In this document: positions 18,018 through 24,533 of the stretch, piece by piece
Numbering within the stretch: the first letter of the stretch is position 1
Layout of the letters: every line of letters starts with the position of its first letter
DNA from: a virus
Lineage: Duplodnaviria; Caudoviricetes
IMG/VR virus record: IMGVR_UViG_3300010400_000011
Span: 1 to 50,539 of that record
Reading direction: 5' to 3' (one strand)
DNA length: 50,539 nucleotides
Translations under genes and position numbers: made by a program
The notes under the pieces: generated by a model
What the model saw: the letters and a program-made list of their open reading frames with translations, nothing else
Database searches by the model: none
Told to the model about the DNA's origin: nothing

Positions 18018-19599
18018 AGCGGTAGGTAACGAAAGGTGTCCCGAGTGCGCTAGTCATGGTCGGGACACCTCTCATGATAATTTAATTGTTTTCGACGACG
18101 GGCATAAACATTGCTTTGCCTGTAACCACCATATTGGAGTTAATGGATTGAATGGAAGTCTTTCTGATACTGAGTATACTTTTGAATATTTACCTTTACG
18201 GGGCATTGACGTTGCAACGTTTAGAAAATATGGTGCTAAAACAAAGATTGACAAAGACGGAAAACCTATTGCTGTCAAGTACCCAGAAAGAAACGGGAGC
18301 TTTCATGTTCGTCCGATAGAAGGTAAATTAAAAGCTTACCACGAGGGCGAATACAAAGCTGGTTGTTTTGGCATTGATAAGTTTGTGCCCGGTTCTCACC
18401 GCCACATCGTAATTACCGAGGGGTATGAAGATGCGCTTTCTCTTCAGATGGTTCTACATTGTCCCGTCGTGTCTGTACACAGCAGCGGTAGTGCTGTCGC
18501 AGACGTTGGCGCTGACCGATCCGCAATTAACGCATACGACCGCATATATCTCGCGTTCGATGGAGATGAGGCGGGAAGAGATGCGGCAGCTGCGGTCGCA
18601 AAGCTATTCGATTATTCGAAGCTTTTTCAAATCAAGTTCCCCGGAGGCAACCGAAAGGACGCCAACGACTTCGTCCAGCACGGAGAACACGAGCAACTAA
18701 GGAGCCTATTCGAGAGCGCCAAGAAGTTCCTTCCCGACAACATCGAGAGCGAACTCAGGGTGTTCAAGAACATCCTGTTTGAGGCTCCTAAAGCTGGAGT
18801 ATCTTACGGGGTGCCAACGCTTGACTTTATGACTTACGGCATTCGCACTGGGGAAAGCGTACTGCTTACAGCTCAGGAGGGTGTTGGTAAGACTGAGGTC
18901 ATGCATAAGATCATGTACTCAATCTTAAAGGAACACCCCGATGCAGCCGTCGCAGGAATATTCTTGGAAGAACCTAAGAAACGATTGCTTCAAGCACTTG
19001 CGGGCATCTATCTCCGCCGCCCAGTGCATCTCCCGGATTGCGGCGTTACGGACATTGAGATTTACGACGCGGTACAGGCCCTTGTTAGGCACGATGACCG
19101 CCTACACATCTACTCTCACTTTGGGTCTGATGATCCAGAGCATATACTCGACACCATACGATTTCTCGTTAGTGCTCGTGGCTGTCGGTATGTCTTCCTG
19201 GATCACATTACTATGGTTGTCAGCGGTCTTGGAGGAGATAACGAACGGCGGGCTCTCGACTATCTTTCGACGAGACTCGAAATGCTCGTCAAAGAGCTCG
19301 ATTTCGCCCTTGTCGTCGTCTCGCACGTCAACGACGACGGCCTCACAAGAGGCAGCCGAAACATCAGCAAAATAGCTGACATTCGTATTGATCTGACACG
19401 CGACATCAAGTCGTCTGACCCGATAATCAGGCGGACGACTAATTTAATGATTTCAAAGAACAGGTTCTGTGGGCGCACTGGACCGGCTGGACAGTTGCTG
19501 TTTGATCCTGCAACTTACACGCTAAACGAGGATACCGGCTATGGCATCGCAACCAATCCAGCAAACGATAACCGGAGAATTGAGGAAATGGCATCGTGA
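17989..19599 (+). CDS. T7 gp4-like primase-helicase
   Basis: Zn finger CPEC..HCFAC, TOPRIM ITEGYEDA/FDGDEAG/KDAND, Walker A AQEGVGKT, FLDHIT, RGS and KNRFCGRTG. Confidence 0.95.
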   Translation: MLSLNDRSSKAVGNERCPECASHGRDTSHDNLIVFDDGHKHCFACNHHIGVNGLNGSLSDTEYTFEYLPLRGIDVATFRKYGAKTKIDKDGKPIAVKYPERNGSFHVRPIEGKLKAYHEGEYKAGCFGIDKFVPGSHRHIVITEGYEDALSLQMVLHCPVVSVHSSGSAVADVGADRSAINAYDRIYLAFDGDEAGRDAAAAVAKLFDYSKLFQIKFPGGNRKDANDFVQHGEHEQLRSLFESAKKFLPDNIESELRVFKNILFEAPKAGVSYGVPTLDFMTYGIRTGESVLLTAQEGVGKTEVMHKIMYSILKEHPDAAVAGIFLEEPKKRLLQALAGIYLRRPVHLPDCGVTDIEIYDAVQALVRHDDRLHIYSHFGSDDPEHILDTIRFLVSARGCRYVFLDHITMVVSGLGGDNERRALDYLSTRLEMLVKELDFALVVVSHVNDDGLTRGSRNISKIADIRIDLTRDIKSSDPIIRRTTNLMISKNRFCGRTGPAGQLLFDPATYTLNEDTGYGIATNPANDNRRIEEMAS

Positions 19600-19807
19600 T
19601 TCCAGCCTCAAAGGTGAACCCTGTGTCGTCGGTAAGATGTACAATGACATCCATGATATCTGGGAAGATGGCGAGGAGGCTGTGATTTATTACCGGAATT
19701 TTGTAGAGTCTCCCAACTTCTATCTCGCAGTAACCTCCGGCGGCGGTTGTGTAAAGTGCCCCAAGGATGAGGAGATTGTGCATCCGAGAAAGGCAGGCGC
19801 ACCGTGA
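19541..19807 (+). CDS. Hypothetical protein (88 aa)
   Basis: GAGGA RBS; overlaps the helicase 3' end. Confidence 0.55.
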   Translation: MASQPIQQTITGELRKWHRDSSLKGEPCVVGKMYNDIHDIWEDGEEAVIYYRNFVESPNFYLAVTSGGGCVKCPKDEEIVHPRKAGAP

Positions 19808-20022
19808 TCCTCCGAGGCGATAAAGCGTCGACGTACGATTTCGACGCATTCAAACAAACAACAACGGGCGTAAGACCCGGTGAGTTGGTGCTAATCACCG
19901 CTCAAAAACATGTGGGGATAACCCATGGGAACGTACAATCCTCTTCCTTCGTGGAGAGTAGCAAGGATACTCGACGAAGCAACGACCGGGAAGTCGTTGA
20001 ACCAGATAGCGAAAGAACTTAA
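19804..20022 (+). CDS. Small ORF carrying a DnaB-type Walker A-like fragment
   Basis: GVRPGELVLITAQKHVGIT versus helicase GIRTGESVLLTAQEGVGKT. Confidence 0.5.
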   Translation: MILRGDKASTYDFDAFKQTTTGVRPGELVLITAQKHVGITHGNVQSSSFVESSKDTRRSNDREVVEPDSERT

Positions 20023-20110
20023 AGAACCAGTCAGCACAGTCTGGAAGGTACTTCAGTCTTTTCCGCTATGGCATTGGGCACAAGCCAATAGGAAGGCCCG
20101 TGGCGGTTAA
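19925..20110 (+). CDS. Helix-turn-helix protein
   Basis: GKSLNQIAKELKEPVSTVWKVL HTH pattern. Confidence 0.65.
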   Translation: MGTYNPLPSWRVARILDEATTGKSLNQIAKELKEPVSTVWKVLQSFPLWHWAQANRKARGG

Positions 20111-20118
20111 AAACCCTC

Positions 20119-20183
20119 TCAGGTAGGGAGGTACCGGGCTGTAGAAATAACGCACCACGGAGCTTCCTAGGGCATCCTAGAGG
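20119..20183 (+). repeat. Dispersed 65-bp element, copy B
   Basis: Inverted homolog of 8173-8237; intergenic, flanked by AAAACCC/GGGTTTT. Confidence 0.7.
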
Positions 20184-20191
20184 GGTTTTAA

Positions 20192-20371
20192 ATGGACATC
20201 ATCGCTCAGCTGCGCTTTCAACTCGAAAGCATCGAATTCTGGATCAACATGCACTATTCGAAGAGCAGCGTTCGCGTAACACTCAAAGGCTTGGAGCGCA
20301 TGAAGCGTGCTCGCCATCGTCTGCTGAAGAATATCCTTCGTCACCAAATCCAGGAGTACAACCGTGATTGA
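20192..20371 (+). CDS. Hypothetical protein (59 aa)
   Basis: GAGG RBS; MDIIAQLRFQLESIEFW...; overlaps the next start. Confidence 0.55.
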   Translation: MDIIAQLRFQLESIEFWINMHYSKSSVRVTLKGLERMKRARHRLLKNILRHQIQEYNRD

Positions 20372-20753
20372 TGCAAATGCGGTTGAGAAACCGAAGACCT
20401 TCATGGTCTACGAGGGAGGAAGAGTAGACCCAGTTCCCAAGCCAGATGGAGTTGGACCCAAGGGTCCTGACTGGCTCAGAGAGCTGGGCTATGGTGCTCG
20501 TTTCGTGTGTCATGCGAAATCGACTGTCGGTTGCTGGCTTGACATGTACGGAGTAGCATTCGTAATGGATGAATGCATCCTTCTTATCAAGAACCCTGGA
20601 ACTCTCGGAGGAGAACTCGGTTGGGTGAAGTCCGAGGTCTTCTCTCAACAGTATAAATTAGTGGCAGTATTGCCCGAAAAACCTGACAATGAAGCAGGAA
20701 TTAACAATGAACATCATCTCCTTGGATCAGCCAACAGCGAAGACCATGACTGA
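20364..20753 (+). CDS. Hypothetical protein (129 aa)
   Basis: AGGAG RBS, GTG start. Confidence 0.65.
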   Translation: MIDANAVEKPKTFMVYEGGRVDPVPKPDGVGPKGPDWLRELGYGARFVCHAKSTVGCWLDMYGVAFVMDECILLIKNPGTLGGELGWVKSEVFSQQYKLVAVLPEKPDNEAGINNEHHLLGSANSEDHD

Positions 20754-20874
20754 CATGCGAGGTCTGCTGAAGGTATACGCATCGCAAAACAACTCCGATG
20801 GTCGATACTCCGAAGCCATCGATAAGTATTCAGCTGTCTATAAGACGCTGATGAATGAAATCCTCGGAAGGTAA
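20707..20874 (+). CDS. Hypothetical protein (55 aa)
   Basis: AGGA RBS before MNIISLDQPT. Confidence 0.5.
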   Translation: MNIISLDQPTAKTMTDMRGLLKVYASQNNSDGRYSEAIDKYSAVYKTLMNEILGR

Positions 20875-20950
20875 CCGAGAGAGGGACGAAAACGACATAC
20901 TGTAGAGTAGTCCCTCATTCATTAGGCAATTCCGCCAAAGAGGAGAAGAC

Positions 20951-21088
20951 ATGTTTCGCAATCCGTTTGTGGACTTTCTGGTGACACTGCTTGGAGTAGG
21001 TGTGGTTCTGCTCCTCCTCCTCTACCTCACCGGCAACATCCATTGCTGGAACCTCCCTATCATCGGCCGCGGCTGCAACATCGGCTAA
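20951..21088 (+). CDS. 45-aa single-TM peptide with two Cys
   Basis: GAGGAG RBS; MFRNPFVDFLVTLLGVGVVLLLLLYLTGNIHCWNLPIIGRGCNIG. Confidence 0.6.
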   Translation: MFRNPFVDFLVTLLGVGVVLLLLLYLTGNIHCWNLPIIGRGCNIG

Positions 21089-21177
21089 CAACACACGCAG
21101 GGGCTCCGTATGAACTACAAGCCCCTGCGTATTCCTTAGCACATAAGTGCACAAACTCCCTACAAGAGGAGCGCACA

Positions 21178-22050
21178 ATGAACTTCCAGGAACGTGAACG
21201 TTTTCGCCGGATGAAGAACATCCAGAAATGGATGGCTTTTCCGGGTAAAGCAAAGAAAGTCGTCAACCCGCCAGAACCGCAGGGATTTAAACTTGTAGAG
21301 CCGGCTGACGCTTGCAAGCTTGCCAACATCATGAAGGTTGGCATTAATGCCAACATGGTTGTCGGGCATAATCGTTGGGGTGACCAGATCACAAAGCCTA
21401 AGGCTTCGCCTTTCCAGTGTCCTTGGAACTTCATTGCTCGTCTTGAGAAGCGCGGGTTCAAGGTTCTAGGACGAGGTGCTTACAGCACTGTTCTGGCTAA
21501 GGATGGGTCAGATCGCGTCATCAAGGTCAGCAGGACGTTGGATAACTGGATCGACTACATCCAGTGGGGCGCTAAGAAGGGATACGCCGGAAACTTCGTT
21601 CCTCGCGTGTATTCTTGGAAGCGCCACACCAATCCAAGCGGTGAAAAGAACGAGTGGAATAACGAACGTGAATGGTCGGTGGCTATTGTGGAACGAATGG
21701 ATGATGTCCTTTCGGATCACAAGAAAGACATGGCTCTGATTTTGAGCTTGTATTATCCAGCTCAGTGTGGTAATACAATGGCTAAGGTTTACATGGAAGA
21801 CCTAAGCCCCGGTTCAGCGAAGTTCTTCGAAGAGCTTGCCGCCAACCAGTTTGCATCAGACATCGCCGGCAAGAACGTCATGGTTCGCAAGAACGGTTCG
21901 CTGTGCGTTACCGATCCAGCTTGTGGTTCCATCAAGACAGACAAACGACGACTTCGGACGGGGGAGCTTTCCCCCGCTCCATTTTCATTAAGGAATTTCA
22001 TTGAGGGTTGTAATAGATATAGAAGCGAATGGATTGCACAACCCAACTAA
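21178..22050 (+). CDS. T7 gp0.7-like Ser/Thr protein kinase
   Basis: LGRGAYSTV Gly-loop, RVIKV, PRVY, DIAGKNVM catalytic loop and TDP; GAGGAG RBS before ATG 21178. Confidence 0.85.
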   Translation: MNFQERERFRRMKNIQKWMAFPGKAKKVVNPPEPQGFKLVEPADACKLANIMKVGINANMVVGHNRWGDQITKPKASPFQCPWNFIARLEKRGFKVLGRGAYSTVLAKDGSDRVIKVSRTLDNWIDYIQWGAKKGYAGNFVPRVYSWKRHTNPSGEKNEWNNEREWSVAIVERMDDVLSDHKKDMALILSLYYPAQCGNTMAKVYMEDLSPGSAKFFEELAANQFASDIAGKNVMVRKNGSLCVTDPACGSIKTDKRRLRTGELSPAPFSLRNFIEGCNRYRSEWIAQPN

Positions 22051-23935
22051 GATTTGGTTAGTTGTTTGCAAAGACATTGATACTGGTGAATATAATATAT
22101 TTAGAAAGGTTTCAGATGACGATATTGAACTACGTAGATTACGTGACTACCTTAGTGGCGCTAAGCTTGTCATTGGCCACAATTACCTTGGCTACGACGG
22201 TGTGCATTTACTTAGACTTACGGGAATTGAAGTCCCAACTGAACAAGTTCTTGATACCCTCATTGTCAGCAAACTCGTAGACTTTTCACGACAAAGTCAT
22301 TCGGTAGAAGGCTATGGAGAAGAGTTCGGATTACCAAAGGGAAACTTTACAGATTTCAGTAAATATTCCATTGCTATGGAAGAGTACTGCATTAGAGACG
22401 TGGATATTACGGAGCGCATTTATAACAAGTATCTTAAGTATATTTCTAATAGGGATCGCCAGCCTAGTATCCGCCTGGAACATAGTTTTCAATTAGTTTG
22501 TAATGATTTGGAGAAGAATGGATTTGCTTTCAACACAGCTAAAGCTCAGCAATTATTAGATAAAGTACAGACAGAGCTAGCTACGTTAGACAAGGACATC
22601 CTTTCTTCTTTTCCACCCCGTGAGGTATTAATTCGTGAGTTCACGCCTAAGGCTACTAAGTTTGGGACTATTAATAAATCTTCTGTGCCTCGCGTCTTAC
22701 ATGATCGAATGTGTGATTTCGAGATTGGAAAGACTTATAGACATACTAGACAAGAAGAGTTTAACCCTAGTAGTCACAAACAAATTATCAACGTCCTTAA
22801 CGAGGCGGGCTGGAAACCTATAGATAAAACTAAGACGCACATCGAAACAGAACGTGCAATAAATACTGGCAGATCAGATATTCATTTGACACAAGCTGAA
22901 GCATATGCTAAGCTTGAGATACTAAAGAAGGTCGGATGGAAGGTTAACGAAAACAATCTAGAAACTCTCCCACCTTCCGCTCCAACTTCTGCCCGCCTCC
23001 TCGCGAAGCGCATCCTGCTTGAGTCCCGCCGCCGAACATTAACTGAGTGGCTGGACCTAGTGTCAGTGGATGACCGTATCCATGGCCGCTTCTACGGTCT
23101 CGGCGCTTGGACTCACAGGATGGCGCATCAAGCGCCAAATACCGCGAACATACCCAACGAGTTTGATACTGCTGGAAAACGAAAACTTTTAGGGAAAGAA
23201 CTCCGTAGCCTTTGGATGGCCCCTAGAGGTAGATTACTCGTTGGGTGTGACGCTGAAGGTATTCAGCTTCGTATCTTTGCGCATTACATCAACGATCCTG
23301 ACTTCACACGTTCATTAGTCGAAGGTAAGAAGGAGGATAAGAGTGACCCACACAGCCTTAATCAAAGTATTCTCGGAGACGTCTGCAAAAGCAGAGCAGC
23401 AGCAAAACGATTTATTTATGCGCTGCTTCTCGGAGCGGGCAAAGGTAAACTGCGTGAAATTCTTGATTGCTCTGAAGAAGCTGCAGATCAAGCTTACGAG
23501 CGACTCTTGGCTAGATATACGGGATTTGCCTACCTCAAAGAGAAGGTCATACCTGCTGACGCTAAACGAGGATGGTTCGTTGGACTTGACGGCCGTGCAG
23601 TGCGAATACCTGGTGCGGAAGTTGGATCACGCAGACATCTGGCAATGTCTGGGTATCTCCAAAACGGAGAGGCTGTAGTAATGAAGATGGCCACCCTGAA
23701 GTGGTGGCCTTTACTGAAACAATACGACGCGAAGCTTGTAAACTTCGTGCACGATGAATGGCAAGTCGAATGTCCAAATAATATGACTATTGCTTTAGCC
23801 ATTGCTGATATGATGGCTAAGAGCCTACAGCACGTCGGAGAGGAATTGGGTCTTAAATGCCCGCTGGCAGGCTCTTACTGGAATGATGATTTAAAAGATT
23901 ACACAATTGCTACCAACTGGAGTAAGACACATTGA
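22001..23935 (+). CDS. Family A DNA polymerase (T7 gp5-like) with 3'-5' exonuclease
   Basis: DIEANGL, GHNYLGYD and YCIRDV exonuclease motifs; DAEGIQLR, KRFIYALLLG and VHDEWQ polymerase motifs. Confidence 0.95.
   Translation: MRVVIDIEANGLHNPTKIWLVVCKDIDTGEYNIFRKVSDDDIELRRLRDYLSGAKLVIGHNYLGYDGVHLLRLTGIEVPTEQVLDTLIVSKLVDFSRQSHSVEGYGEEFGLPKGNFTDFSKYSIAMEEYCIRDVDITERIYNKYLKYISNRDRQPSIRLEHSFQLVCNDLEKNGFAFNTAKAQQLLDKVQTELATLDKDILSSFPPREVLIREFTPKATKFGTINKSSVPRVLHDRMCDFEIGKTYRHTRQEEFNPSSHKQIINVLNEAGWKPIDKTKTHIETERAINTGRSDIHLTQAEAYAKLEILKKVGWKVNENNLETLPPSAPTSARLLAKRILLESRRRTLTEWLDLVSVDDRIHGRFYGLGAWTHRMAHQAPNTANIPNEFDTAGKRKLLGKELRSLWMAPRGRLLVGCDAEGIQLRIFAHYINDPDFTRSLVEGKKEDKSDPHSLNQSILGDVCKSRAAAKRFIYALLLGAGKGKLREILDCSEEAADQAYERLLARYTGFAYLKEKVIPADAKRGWFVGLDGRAVRIPGAEVGSRRHLAMSGYLQNGEAVVMKMATLKWWPLLKQYDAKLVNFVHDEWQVECPNNMTIALAIADMMAKSLQHVGEELGLKCPLAGSYWNDDLKDYTIATNWSKTH
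22886..22914 (+). promoter_or_regulatory. Putative internal sigma70 promoter
   Basis: TTGACA-17 bp-TAAGCT with extended -10 TGC, inside the polymerase gene. Confidence 0.4.
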
Positions 23936-24063
23936 CGAATGAAGAGATTGAACGTTTAATCGATTACATCGCAGACCCTACAAAAGCTTATCTTGAGTTT
24001 TCATTGGATGAAAGCAATACAATCATTGAAGCTTTAGAAGCATACAAGGAAATTAATAATTGA
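23932..24063 (+). CDS. 43-aa acidic peptide
   Basis: GGAG upstream, TTG start; overlaps the polymerase stop and SSB start. Confidence 0.45.
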   Translation: MTNEEIERLIDYIADPTKAYLEFSLDESNTIIEALEAYKEINN

Positions 24064-24533
24064 TACAAGATACCCGCACATTTGACATCTCTCCAAAGTC
24101 TGACCAAGTCAAGTTCAGAGGAAAGGTCACGTGGGCACAGTTGATTGACCCTAACAAGTTCGGCAATTGGAGCCTCAACCTCTACCCAGACCCTGACAGT
24201 CTTGAACGACTGCGGGAGCTGACTTTGAAGAATGTCTTCAAGAAAGACGACGATGGTTATTATCTTCAGATAAGCCGTCAGAGTAACGTCGAGTTCGTCA
24301 AAGGAGTTCAAACTGGACTGACACCTCCTAAACTTCAGATGAAGGATGGAAGTCCTGTAACTGAACGTATCGGTGATGGAAGCATTTGTGAAGTCACTTG
24401 TGAACTCAGGAAGTATAAAGTCCCTAACTCAGAGAAATGGGGCAATGCCATACGTTTATATCGTGTGACTGTCGAGGAATTCGTTCCTTCTCAGTACAAG
24501 AAAGACGAAGGTTGGGATGGTAAGACGTCCTAA
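24060..24533 (+). CDS. Single-stranded DNA-binding protein (T7 gp2.5-like)
   Basis: GKVTWAQL..P, PPKL..DG, IGDGS and AIRLYRVTVEEFV pattern; next to the polymerase. Confidence 0.75.
   Translation: MIQDTRTFDISPKSDQVKFRGKVTWAQLIDPNKFGNWSLNLYPDPDSLERLRELTLKNVFKKDDDGYYLQISRQSNVEFVKGVQTGLTPPKLQMKDGSPVTERIGDGSICEVTCELRKYKVPNSEKWGNAIRLYRVTVEEFVPSQYKKDEGWDGKTS

Noticed and set aside
23400-23440. Polymerase motif B ending LLLG instead of FLYG
   Set aside because: Other catalytic motifs are intact and I recall this variant in related podoviral polymerases; not evidence of inactivation
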